Shown in pieces: positions 26,325-38,948 of a stretch of DNA of 64,000 nucleotides. The DNA is from Mytilus californianus (lineage: Eukaryota). The stretch's first letter is position 1. The number at the start of each line of letters is the position of its first letter. The stretch lies in the NCBI RefSeq assembly GCF_021869535.1, contig NW_026262734.1, positions 100,130,001 to 100,194,000 on the forward strand, written 5' to 3'. The notes under the pieces were generated by a model. The model searched no databases, was not told the DNA's origin, and was given only the letters and a program-made list of their open reading frames with translations. Both the position numbers and the translations under genes were made by a program.

Positions 26325-26542
26325 ACCCTGCTTTGTACTACATCGACAAGTTCACAAGGTCCGCCACAGGAAGACATGTCACCCTGTTTGGAAACATTAT
26401 TCTAAATCCGAGCCCACCAGTCTTTGCTCTTACTCCTTAATGCCAATTTCACTGAGACTTTGAATTGACCCGGCCAGGAATCGAACCCATTCTCTCTCGC
26501 ACTCGAGGCGAACACGCTAACACAAGCCAATGAGGCGGTTCT
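26325..26542 (-). mobile_element. tRNA-derived SINE (MetaSINE-like)
   Basis: Minus strand: tRNA-like head with GGTTCGATTCC B box, then GCATTAAGGAGTAAGAGCAAAGACTGG...AATAATGT and AGTACAAAGCAG, shared with 41825-42110. Confidence 0.7.
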
Positions 26543-26574
26543 AATAGTTAAGATGAATAAACAGCCAATATTGA

Positions 26575-27045
26575 TCTTAAAAACATTCCGCTTCTGTCAG
26601 TATTTCCATATTTAATTTACTTGGTTGCCTTTATCATTTAAATGTTCATTACGCCATTCTACATTGTCCAAGTTGATAAGCTTTTCATGGACCACTTGCA
26701 TTGCATTGTCCACAGAAACGCCAATGTCTTGTACAGCCATATTACTCTCCACCTTGTCCACAATTTTATTTACCTCAAAAGTCCAACCTTTTCTTCTTCT
26801 GGATGACCATCTCCAAATCTTACTTAGGAGACGATTCTCATCAAGTCTATAAAGTTTACAAAGTAAGCGAACACACGATTTTCTTAGTTTGGTTTTAGTC
26901 GAGGTCCAGCCCATATCTCCGCGTGTCGCTATATTCGAAGTGTGTTTTCCTACACCCAAGAAGAGTTTATATGCTTTATTCTGCACGGTCGAGATTTGGC
27001 TAAAGTTTTTGTAACCCGAAATTCCACTTCCGTAGAGGAGTATAA
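26575..27045 (-). mobile_element. Non-LTR retrotransposon (LINE) ORF2 C-terminal fragment
   Basis: YGSGISGY...VQNKAYKLFLGVGKHTSNIATRGDMGW resembles the post-RT region of CR1/L2-type LINEs; it is cut off by the GGTAAT array. Confidence 0.7.
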
Positions 27046-27047
27046 AC

Positions 27048-27680
27048 TAGGTAATGGGTAACGGTTTACTAGGTTATGGGTAATGGGTAACAATATAATA
27101 GACAATGGGTAATGGGTAACGGTATACTAGGTAATGGGTATTTTAAAATTTTAAAATGGAATACTGGGTAATGGGTAATGGTGAACTACATAATAGACAA
27201 TAAATAATGGGTATTGGTATACTAGGTACTGGTTAATCGGTAATGGTATACTTGGTAATTGGTAACGATATACTATACAATGGGTAATGGGTAATTGGTA
27301 ACGGTATAATGAGGTAGGGGTAATGGGTAACGAGATACTAGATAATAGGTAATGGATAATGGGTAACGATATAATAGATAATGGGTAATGGTATACTAGG
27401 TAATGGGTAATTGTATACTAGGTACTGGGTAATGGGTAATGGGTAACGACATACTAGACAACGGGAAATGATTAATGGGTAACGGTATACTAAGTAATGG
27501 GTAATGAGTAACAGTATACTGGGTAATGGGTAATGGATAATGGTATACTAGATAATGGGTAATTGTTAACGGTATGATAGGGTATGGGTAATGGGTAACG
27601 ATATACTAGGTAATGAGTAATAAGTAACGGTATACTGGATAATGGTTTATAGGTAATGGGTACTAGTTTACTAGGTAATG
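27048..27680 (+). repeat. GGTAAT(G)-based degenerate satellite array (left)
   Basis: Dense GGTAATGGGTAACGGTATACTA-type units. Confidence 0.95.
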
Positions 27681-27723
27681 GCCAAAGCAAGGTTAATTAT
27701 ATGTTCCCTGGTTACAGAAAACA

Positions 27724-29307
27724 ATGAGTGAATACGGAGCAGCCATAGAAGAGACTGTGTCAGTCGTCGAGCATTTTGTGGCTGATGAGGTGGCAAAGAT
27801 AAGGGTGAAAGCTGAAAAAAAACACATCCAACACGAAAGAGATGATGGGGAAATTTAAAGCTGCAATGCAAGACAAATTGAAGGATTTACAAAGTAAAAC
27901 ATTAACACTTGACCAAAAATACCAAATCATAAATGATATGAAAGGTTTGCAACATGATATGAAATACGCAAAGTCGGTCCAAAATAAGTTACATACAAAT
28001 ACAGTGTCCGAGGCAGAAAAAAAAGGAAATCCATGAACACATACAACATGTACAAGAGATGCAGGAGCGCTATCAAACCATCGAAGTAAGACAAGATAAA
28101 TTAGAGGCCAAAATTAAATGATCTGTCGGACAACTTTACCAAATTCAGGGAAGAAATCATGGAGGAATTAAATCATTTAACCATGTAAGATCCATTCGTT
28201 ATCTTTCATAGAGCATTAGAGGCAGCAATAAAGTCCGGTCATAAGTTATATGATATATACGTAATTTCTGTTGTAAATTGTTACTTAGGCAAAAGTTTAT
28301 CAAAACTAAGCAATATAATGTCATCAACACCAAACGTGTCTGCAGTAAATCAGAACCCGCCTCCTGAAATACCAAAAAGGGTAACATAAAAACATCCAAC
28401 CTCTCTAATGGCTACACCATCAACTTCACAAACACCTAGAATTTCATCCAAATCGATTACCATACAAACATTATACAGGTTAGTACTTATTATTTAATTC
28501 AGATCTGTTTTTCAGTTTATAATTTCAAAAAAGATGACAGTCAGATATTTTTCAAAATGCAAATAAAATATTATTATTTGTGGGACATTGAATTTCATTG
28601 ATTTCGTGGTTAAAGGTAAATTGCGAGTTTAAGTACCAAACGAACGACAATTAACCACCAAATGGTTAAACCACGAAATTATGTATCCTAAAAACCACTT
28701 ATTTGTCTGCAAACACAAAAATTGGCACCCACGAAAATAAATGCATCCACATATTTTTCTATCATGCTTTTTATGTTATTTATTGTCATGACTTAGTGTT
28801 TTATTAACAATTTTCTTCTCTAAAACCAATAGGCCAACTTCAATCAATCTATGTTAGAATTGTTTAACAAATATATCTACCAAACTGTATCACACAAGAT
28901 TGCTTGCTAACAAAGACTAGAAAAATCAAGATAGGCACAAATTTTAAACTCTCCTCTTTTCCTAAAATGATAAGATTCTTTACTTTTTTCACAGGGAAAG
29001 TACTATATCTGAAGATCGTAGACAGAAACTAGAACCATTTATCGTTCTTCCAACTACAAACGACAAATTAAATCCATTCCAAAGAGCATTTATAAAATAC
29101 TTTTTACACACACATCAAAGTAAACAACTAAATGAAGTCATAATTCAAAAATGTTTTCGCGATGGCATAGAAGGTAATGTGTGGCCGAAAGATTTTAGCC
29201 AAGCAGACTCCGACATATCAAGCTAACTTAAAGACAGTCTAAGAAACAAACGTAAAAATGATAGGAAAAATCAAGTTAAAAAAATGACAGAAAAACAGAT
29301 TAAGTAA
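27724..29307 (+). pseudogene. Decayed spliced gene: coiled coil, S/T/P linker and C-terminal helical (possibly BEN-like) domain
   Basis: Joinable frames MSEYGAAIEE...MMGKFKAAMQDKLKDLQ...QERYQTIEVRQDKLEAK. Phase-compatible GT-AG intron 28479-28994 (TIQTLY-R-ESTISEDRR). Last exon LNPFQRAFIKYFL...WPKDF...LKDSLRNKRK. Frameshifts plus in-frame stops (~28386, 29224). Confidence 0.55.
28575..28752. mobile_element. TGTGG...CCACA MITE (in intron)
   Basis: Similar to 30008-30219 and 49026-49175 (TTTTCGTGG / CCACGAAA motifs). Confidence 0.55.
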
Positions 29308-29536
29308 CTTTTAAATTAAAAGTATGGACAAACTACATGAAACCCTGAGTCAACCCAGGCAGGAGGAAAATATGGATGAGCAAGAATCGTCTACTTGAAG
29401 AAGTTATAAACGCAGACAAACTATTATGTTTTAAACTTTGATTGTTGTTTTCATATTTTTTTTATTTAGTCATTGCTCGTTGCTTGCAATGTTTTTCTTT
29501 TATTTGATTGAGTTATTTTAAGGTAAAATCCTACTT

Positions 29537-29900
29537 TTATTCTGTCATCTGGTCAAAAAGACCATGCAATCTTTTACAATGATGTCATCACTCCGAATCC
29601 GTCGTCTGTGGGCTGTGCATCCATTCACATTTAAAAAATGATCTCCTTCTCTGAAACTGTTGTACACACCAAAATTTTGCGGAATGGTCCTTGAGTAGTC
29701 TCCTTTCAAAATCATTTTTTTCCATCATTGAAATAAGCCTTAAAAGGGTCATCTTAAAGAAAAAACAAAAATCAACGCAAACACATGTACTAAATATTGT
29801 TGTCATATTACAAATTCTATTGAGATTTTATGTCTTTGTTCAATTTAACTTAATTATAAGCCAGGTGAACAAAACATGCTCAGGGGATAGTCTTGTTTAA
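29537..29900 (+). mobile_element. HINE-like non-autonomous element
   Basis: CATCTGG...CCAGGTG subterminal inversion, CGTCGTCTG microsatellite remnant, terminal hairpin then CTTGTT. Confidence 0.55.
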
Positions 29901-29905
29901 GCATA

Positions 29906-31200
29906 TACTAGGTAATGGGTAACGGAAAACTGGGTAATGGGTAATGGGTAACGGTATACAAGGTATTAGTTAACGTTATACTACTTAATGGGTAATGGGT
30001 AACGGTATAATGTGGATTCATTTATTTTCGTTGGTACCAATTTTCGTGGATAAAGGAAAACTTACATGTTCTTGGAAATTTATATTCGTGGTTTTGCCGA
30101 ATTCTGCATACAAGCCTAGAGAAAATTTGTTATTCATTGAACAATTAATTTCGTGGTTCATCTGTACCAACGAAATCAACGAAAACTGGTATCCAACGAA
30201 TAATAATGAATCCACAGTACACATGCAGTACCAGATAATGGTCAGTGGGTAACTGTATAATGGGTAATGGGTAATTGGTAACGGAATATTGAGAAATGAC
30301 TAATGGGTAACGATATATTAGGTAATGTGTAATAGGTAACAGTATAATGGGCAATGGTTAATAGGTAATGGTGTACTAGGTAATTGTTGATGGGTTGCGG
30401 TAAATTTGGTAGTGGGTAATTGATAACGGTAAATTGGTTAATGGGTAATGGGTACCGATAAACTGGGTTATTAGAAATTGGTAACGTTATACTGCGTAAT
30501 GGGTAATTTGTAATGGATAATAGTATACTGCGTAATCGGTAACCGGTAACGGTTAACAGTATACTTGGGAATGGGTAACGGATAAAGGTAAACGTGGTAA
30601 TGGGTAACCGTATACCAGGTAATGGGTAATTGGTAATTAGTAACGATGTACTAGGTAATGGCTAATGGGTTACGGTACGCTGGTTAATGTGTAATGGGAT
30701 ACGGTACACTGTGTAACTGTTAACGTAGTTCTAGGTAATGGGTAATGGTTAACGCTGTAACGGTCTACTATTTAAAAGAGATTGTGTAACAATATACTCG
30801 TTCATTGGTAACGATATACTAGGTAATGGGTTACGGAAAACTGGGTGATGGATAATGTGTAACAGTATACTATGTCATGGGTAATGGGTAACGGTATACC
30901 AGGAAATTGTTAGTTGGTAAATGTATACTGGGTAATGGGTGATGGGAAACGGTATACTAGGTAATGGGTAATGGGTAATTGGTAACGGAATATTGAGTAA
31001 TAGGTAATGGGTAACAGTATATTATGTTATGTGTAAAGGGTAACGGTATAATGGGTCTTGGTTAATGGGTAACGGTATACTGGGTTATGGGTAATGGTAA
31101 ACGGTTTACTGGGTAATGCTTAATTGGTTATGGGTAACGGTATACTAGGTAATGGGTAGTGGCTAATTGAATACCACATACGGAATTGGCATCAGGTAAC
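29906..31200 (+). repeat. GGTAAT(G)-based degenerate satellite array (right), interrupted by a MITE
   Basis: Same units and orientation as 27048-27680; fades out by ~31380. Confidence 0.95.
30008..30219. mobile_element. MITE with TGTGGATTCATT..TTCGTTGG TIRs
   Basis: Left TGTGGATTCATTTATTTTCGTTGGTACC; right GGTATCCAACGAATAATAATGAATCCACAGTA. Confidence 0.8.
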
Positions 31201-31979
31201 AAAATTGGATAGGTTTAAGGTTATGGTAATGATAAACTAACTAATAGGTAATTGGTGACTTCGTAATGGTTAGTGGGAATTAAGCATTATTATACCCAAG
31301 TAAGGGATAGTTGAGTAAGAAGTGGATAATTGGAAACGCTATACTGGATAACAGGTAGTGGCATAGTAGTAGGTAACATGACACATAATGCCTTATTAAA
31401 TTTTGAATTTGAAGCAGACATATTTCCAATGGCAAAACAATCTGAAATATTTAATCTTCTTTCAATATTTCACTGAATAGAGATTAAAGAGTTTACTAAA
31501 TAACAGTCGCATTTATTTCCCGACATCCGTGACACGTCATTCTATTTTTCGAAATTTATAGAACAGCAAGTTAATGTAATAAAAAAAATTGATTATTAAC
31601 AGTTGATGATATCTAAATTTAAATAGTCAAATCAATAAAATGATAGCATTTATAAATCCAATTTAATAATCATTGGATTAAATGAAGTAGTTCAAAGTGA
31701 ACATCTGCCAATTATTTTCTTGATCCTTTTTCAAAATATTTTTATAGAATATCTTATTTCGTCATGTATTCTACATATATTTTAAAACAAATTATATAGA
31801 TAAACCGAAATAATAAAATTTAAGTGAATACATATATAAATGTATATATATACCAGCAATATCCGATGTAAAAAAACTTACCTTCAAACTACTTTGTTAA
31901 TCTGCTCAAAATAAATGAATTGTCTCCCTTTAACACCTAGCTCATCCCAAATCGGCTTATGTCGCAAAATGATTATACC

Positions 31980-31991
31980 CTGACTCTAACC

Positions 31992-32026
<35 letters not shown>

Positions 32027-32570
32027 TCCTAACCCTAACCCTAATCCTAACCCTGGAAACCAAAACTTATCGGCGCATGCGCAATGGTACTTTGGTACGA
32101 GCGCATGCGCAAGGGTAAGTGTTCGGGTTATAAAAAGAAGATCACTAACCATCATATATTCATACGCTAATCATATCATAACCGTAATATATCCTTCCAT
32201 CTATGTCTATACCCCGAATTTGTCTATAGACGTAACCCTAACACTAACTCTAACCCAAACCTTCACACGTATGCACACATGACCAAGGCGCATCTTAAAA
32301 CCCTAACAATAACCCTAACCCTAAACCTTAACCCTAAACCCTAACCCTAACCCTAACCCTAACCCTAACCTCATCTTCGTTTAAAGCCTATATTCTAACC
32401 TAACCCTAACACTAACCCTAACCCTAACCCTAACCCTAACCCTAACCCTAACCTTAACCCTAACCCTAACCCTAACCCGAATCCTAACTCTAAACCTAAA
32501 CCTAACCCTTACCCTTACCCTAACCCTAACCTTAACCCTAACCCTTACCCTAATCCTAACCCTATACCTT
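31980..32570 (+). repeat. Interstitial telomere-like (TAACCC)n arrays with an internal unique spacer
   Basis: (TAACCC)n at ~31985-32054, 32230-32260 and 32300-32570; this is the C-rich strand of TTAGGG. Confidence 0.9.
32073..32137 (+). promoter_or_regulatory. Two NRF1-type palindromes (GCGCATGCGC) and a TATA-like box
   Basis: GCGCATGCGC at 32073-32082 and 32101-32110; TATAAAAAG at 32129-32137. Function is inferred only. Confidence 0.35.
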
Positions 32571-33844
32571 TCATATCGACGATGCTTGGTCAAATATTGG
32601 TCTCAATGGACTATTGAAATATCATTTTCCTTGAAAATCTTAAAGGCAGACAGATATATATCGATGAAAACCTGTAATTTCATTAAGAATTAAGTTGTTA
32701 ATAATTTGTTACCAAAAACAATTACATACTTCTCTTAACTTATTGTAATTACTAATGTTTTCAGAGATGTATGAAATAACTTATACAAGTAATATTGTTG
32801 TCATTATTTTTATAGTAACATTTTATCTCTTTATTCATCTTAAATTTAATCAATTCGTCATTTAATGTAATAAAAAGACTAAAATATGAATAAAAACTAC
32901 ATTTTATCGACGCTATTATTGAAATTTGAAATAACTCTTTTGAGTGATAATATTTTTTAAAAACAAAGATTACCTATATAAGTAACTGAAGAAAATAACT
33001 TGTTTAAGTAACGCTCCTGTTTATAGAATGATATGATTTTTGTTTAAAACGTAACCTTTGCCAACACAAAAAAGGAAGAAAGGCTTGCACGGATGCCAAA
33101 AATACGTAATTTCTTGTTTTGCCTTTGTAATACTGGAAATGATCAGCAACTTCCGGCTTTGAAAAGTCACTGCCGATCCCATCTGATGTTTTTATTTAAA
33201 AAATTGAGGTTTCCGTGTATTTTCGTTTGAAATAATGGCGATAATTCGATTTATCCGGTGAACAAATGTTCATTCCGATGTTATATGATAGTTTTCCTTA
33301 CACTGAGTAAACACTGTTTTTGAGAGATAATTTGCTACTACCGGTTTGCAAAATATTACTTCCTGTTCATATGATTCTTAAATTATGTAATTGTAAAATA
33401 CATTAACATAGAATATGTGACGTAAAAAGTACTTCCGGTTTACACAAGTTCAGTTCTTGCTGATCGTTTTCAAGGTCATGAGTCATCCATTCTTATGCAA
33501 AAAAACCTTTAGACTTTATCATGTTTCAGTAATATGAGGGAGATGTTACATGTGAAAGATGCCGAGGTCTTTTTGCTAGAACATGTAGAACAGTTTTAAT
33601 ATATTTTTTTAAAATAATTTAATTAATTAATTTTGATCTATATTTATGAAGTCATTAGAAACTTGGTGTACATTGCCTGTGATAACAAGCAGAGCTCAAA
33701 ATTCACACATCGGCCTTGGCCTTTGACCTTGATCTCAATTTTATGAATATTAACCACTGATATTAAATCAGAAGACTCCACTACAAACCAGTAAAAGTCT
33801 GACATGGCCTATATCGGTACTCAACTGTACTAATTTTTTTAATT

Positions 33845-36075
33845 GATAACAATTAAAAAGTAATTATAATCAAATGTTATAGTAAATAAAAATAAATTAG
33901 GCCATGTCACCTGACGAGGATGAATGGCCTTGGTCGAACTTGACCTAAATGATATCCGAAACACCAGATGTAATATCATCAAATTAAAGAAATTCATAGA
34001 CGACCAGATGATTACCACAGATCATTTACGTTGGGCAAATCCTTTCAAATAAATAGATGTGTAAAAGCTTATAATTAACCACAGAGCAATCTACCGAGAC
34101 AAGGTCAAATCAGGTTTTAACAGTTAAAGATAATATATATAATTTAAAGTAAATATATATAAGCGAAACATGCTATATATATGAATCACCAAATCATGCA
34201 TTAACAAAGCAATACCAGAATAAACCTGTAATTGAAGATAAACATTTCAATGCATATAAAATTGCATATAACGTATACACAGCGATACATGGAAAATCAT
34301 TATAGAAACTCGATACGGACAAGAAATAAAATATCCTATAGACAATAATGTTAGTAGGTTTTGCTAAGATTGGTCCATGGACAAGTTTATTTATAAAATG
34401 TATGTTCGAAGTCTCTGCTTCACACGTTGTCCAACCTCCGTATACACATAGACGGTTCTTACAACTATCATAAAAACGTATCAAATGCAACCTTAATGGG
34501 AATCTGTGAAATCTTATGGGAAATGTCCATTGTTTTAAAACAATGAAACGGAAACATTTGATTTACCAAGACAACGCTGAGACATTTGCTCATCTTGGCC
34601 ACTTTCTTTGCTGATACCACATGGACATAACTAAACTAGCCCTTAGGAAGCAAGTTAAGGACCACAGCAAGTTTTTAATTAATATATTCTCTAATTACAT
34701 GAAGAGACAAATTATTTGATTATGAGAGTCTCTAGTCATATACTTGATGACGTACATCGGTTCAACATATGATGCTAACACATAAGCCAATCGAACCCCA
34801 GCTTTGGTCGTTCTACGAATGACGTCTATTTCCTTTCAACCAATCACGACACAATACATTACCGCATGTTTCTTATCCCCTCTCTTTTGTTAATAGTGCC
34901 TTACAGATTGCAGATAGACAAGGTTATTGGTTTTAGATAATCTCTGAGAGGATTTTTTTCGCAATTAGAAAATAACTTCTAAAAAAGTAGATTAGTCTAC
35001 AATCATTATATGCCTAATAGACATACTTAAAGATATCATCTCTGAGAAGGCTTTTTTCGTAATTAGAAAAAAACTTCTAAAAAGGAGATTGATTAATATT
35101 TTAAAGAAATTCACTATAGATGAGAGATTATCAGCAACTCAATGTCAAAATGAATCTGATCTTCACAAGCATATCAATTCAAACCTGTTTGAGAAAATTT
35201 TATTCGTATGACCACAAACAGAGTCAGCAAACGCACGCCATTACACATATAAAATAAATTGTACATGATAGACTTAACCTTCAAGTATGTCTAATAGAAA
35301 GAATAGATCGTTCAAAGCTAGGGATAAGAAACGCAAAAGTACCTAAATTAAAGAAAAACGAAAAATATACAATATAAAACGACAGCAAAACTATAACCAC
35401 TGTAAACAATCAAAGTATAATTAGATAAGAAAGGACATAAAAATAATCAGGTTTTAACAGATTCACCAGGTGTCGTGCCCCCAAAATGTAACTGCATATG
35501 ATACGCTACACGATAGAAACATATCGATAACAATTAAAAAGTAATTATAATCAAATGTTATAGTAGATAAAAATAAATTAGGCCAGGGCACCTGACGAGG
35601 GTGAACGGCCTTGGTTGAACTTGACCTAAATGATATCCGAAACACCAGGTGTAATATCATCAAATTAAAGAAATTCATAGACGACCAGTTGATTACCACA
35701 GATCATTTACGTTGGGCAAATCCTTTAAAAAAAATAGATGTCTAAAAGTTTATAATTAACCACAGAACAATCTACCGAGAAAAGGTCAAATCAGGTTTTA
35801 ACAGTTAAAGATAATATATATAATTTAAAGTAAATATATATAAGCGAAACATGCTATATATATGAATCACCAAATCATGCATTAACAAAGCAATAACAGA
35901 ATAAACCTGTAATTGAAGACAAACATTTAAATGCATATAACATTGCATATAACGTATACACAGCGATACATGGAAAATCATTATAGAAACTCGATACGGA
36001 CAAGAAATAAAATATCCTATAGACAATAATGTTAGTAGGTTTCGCTAAGATTGGTTCCTTGACACGATTATTTAT
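33845..36075. repeat. ~550-bp direct repeat pair (33845-34400 and 35526-36075) inside the CACTA element
   Basis: High identity by eye, offset 1681 bp. Confidence 0.9.
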
Positions 36076-36124
36076 ATAACTTGTAATCGACCTTTACGCG
36101 ACCAATACTAAACCATTTTATACG

Positions 36125-36250
36125 AGTTTGAACCATACTCGACATAGTCTTAACCATTCTGGAGCAAGTCTGAACCATACTCGATCTAGTCTGAACCATA
36201 CTCGACCTAGTCTGAACCATACTCGACCAAGTCTTAGCCAACCTAGACCT
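36125..36250. repeat. 20-bp tandem subterminal repeats of the CACTA element
   Basis: (TGAACCATACTCGACCTAGTC)-type units, inverted relative to the GTCGAGTA motifs at 37440-37720. Confidence 0.85.
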
Positions 36251-38948
36251 GATTTTTGTATCTTTCTATTGTATTTCATCAATTTAGGAGCTGTTATATA
36301 TATACAATGTATATCACATTTAAAAAAAATAAAAGAAAGTAGTTTCAGGTTGGATTAAAAACTCAAAAAAATATCATGAAATAAATTAAGTTTTTGTTAA
36401 ATGAATTTTTATTTACATGATATCATGTTCACATTGCTTTATGTACATCAAAAATACTAGAACTTTCAACCATTATTCAAATATCTAAAATGTTATTCTT
36501 TTTTTTATCAAAATATATATAAAATAGTATATCTTGTAAAACCAAGAATTTAATATATATTATTAAAAATCAACTTTCAAAGCATTCCTTGGTAACTTTT
36601 GAAAAAGGAAATGTATTCCAAAGTTGCAGTAGAAATTTATTTTAATTAAATTTTAATATGTTTTGTCAAAATTAAAGACTTAACATACAAGAAGCACTTT
36701 AATGAGGTTTAATTACCTTAGAACAGGTGTGTTTACAGGTAAAATGAAAACCCTATTTTTCTTAAACTTGTGTTTTATTTATCTAGTGAATGCAAAAGGA
36801 CCTGTGATTTAAGTTTTACAGGATGTTGTAATTTGCAATGGATGTTATTGAAAATATATTACTCTCTGACCAGGTGTGATATTTTAAATCAGTGTTCCCC
36901 AAGCAGGATGTATTACTTTATAGTTTACCCCTAATCAGAAGAAACCTTTTATTTCTTTCTTTTATTTTTTTTCCCTTTTTAAAATATATATATATCCAAA
37001 ATTATAATAAGAATAGATATTTTTATGATATATTAAGGTTAAACAATGTCAGTGATTTTGTTGGCTGTTGCTAACTCATTAAAAAGATAGTTATATGACT
37101 TTTGTATGTAAACTTGAAGTTTTTATTTAGAAATTTAGGAAAATCAAGTTTTGTTTAAAAAAAACCGCATGCCAAACAAAAATCTACATAATAAGGTTTT
37201 ATTACCCTGAGCATATAGGTGTGGTTTTCAGGTAAAAAAAAGTATTTTTATTCAACAAGACTCAGACTTTAAACATGTTAAAATTAGATAATTTATCCAT
37301 CTCGGTTTGATGAATCTGAGAATCATGTAAGGATGTTAAAATCTAATTTTATATATATATATATCTAATTTATTGTGGCTGTTGTCATGTTAGTTAAAAA
37401 GAAAGATATTTTAACAATTAAAATTATAAAAATAGAGCTTATTTCGTCGAGTATGGGTCAGACAGGTCGAGTATTGTTCAGACTGAAAAAAAAATAGGTG
37501 AAGAGCTGGTCCAGTATTGGTCGAGTACAGGTCGATAATAGGTTAAGACTGTTTCTGACTGGTCGAGTAAAAGTTTAGACTATTTTCAAAAGCAAAGATA
37601 AGGGTTAAGTACAAATCAGTACAGTCGAGTATCTTGAGTATGGTTAAGACAAGGTCAAGTAATATTAAGTAAAATTCAGACCAAATCAGACTGGTCGAGT
37701 AAAAATTATTACAGTCGAGTACAGATATAGGCCATTTCAGACTTTTACTGGTTTGTAGTGCTCTAAGTCCAAATTAAAAAAATCATGTTGTGGAAGTCAT
37801 ACCATTTTGAAGAAAATAAATTATCAATATCTTTTTCGTTTTTTTTAGGAGAAGCGATAACTTGAAAAAAAATCAGTATACGGGAGAAAATTGCCATTAG
37901 GAAAAGTGTTCGGTCAAAAAGTGTGAGTTTCACTATTTATTTACAACGTAAACTAAATCTTGTCAAGATGTTGCAAAACAAAAGCGACATTTCAGAAACA
38001 AAAGTGGCTTTTTAATGGAAAAAAAGAAAGAAAACCATTCTTCACCTTTTGAAAAATCTACAATTAAATCTGCAAAGTTTTCGATTTCCTTGATCAAACA
38101 TAAAGCTAAACAAAATAAATGTAAAGCTGTATGTATAATTGGTCAATATCTCTTAAAGACAAATTGATGAGACGTAAAGCAATCAATCAATCAAACTAAC
38201 ATACATGTACATGTATCTCTCACGGACAAATCCTATTATATTTACAGTTTTAATATCTCATACACATTCCCATCAAAGATAATATTTATTTGTATTCACT
38301 TGAAAAAAAAACTATTTTGAATAAATTACTGTGATTTGGTGTATCTGTTACAGGTTTTTATGATTGATTATTAATCTGCGTTTGCTGTATACGGTATAAA
38401 TTAATATTATGTACAAATATAAATCACATGCTACCTGAAAAAAAATTAAACTAAAAATAATCTATCATACTTACCATGACGAATGTGAATTAAAATAATT
38501 AAAGTAAATGCAAAAGTGTTCAAATGAATGGACAGTTAACAGAAACCATGTGCTTTCATAACGGTTTCTTCAACTGTTTAAAAGTTTAGGGAAAATAGTC
38601 AGATTAAAAAAAAAGTAAAAGTTCATGAAGAAATGAAAAAAAAAATCAATTAAAACTATTTGCTATACTAGTATGATTCCAAAGATTGGTGTATTAAATC
38701 TAGAAACTTCAAAAATAAGTACCGCTCTAGAAAAAGCTAGTCCAAAGCCAATTTTGAATTAATGAATGAGATGAAGTTTTACGAGACTGAAGTTTCATTT
38801 TTCAATGTGGAAAAATCATACACAGCCTGCAAAAAACATGATCACGTGCAATACATTTTGAACAATTTATCGACTCGAATTGTGTTTCCTAATAAAATCT
38901 ACAGTAAAAAAAGTAGTTTTCATCGTTTTTCTTATCATCTAGTACTGT

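Larger units (their letters stand above)
33779..37760. mobile_element. Non-autonomous CACTA (EnSpm/CMC) DNA transposon, ~4.0 kb
   Basis: CACTACAAACCAGTAAAAGTCTGA...TCAGACTTTTACTGGTTTGTAGTG with ~60-bp TIRs; 3-bp TSD CTC at 33776-33778 and 33761-equivalent right flank 37761-37763; oppositely oriented subterminal TACTCGAC/GTCGAGTA repeats. Confidence 0.92.

Noticed and set aside
31985-32570. Telomerase RNA gene or a true chromosome end
   Set aside because: A telomerase template holds about 1.5 repeats, not long arrays; these tracts are degenerate and flanked by unique DNA on both sides.
31959-32593. ORFs encoding (RV)n, (LT)n or (NP)n peptides
   Set aside because: They are translation artefacts of the TAACCC repeat.
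33910-33950. CTGACGAG...GAAC here and in the duplicate at ~35592 as a hammerhead core
   Set aside because: No convincing helix II and no GAAA in the right position.
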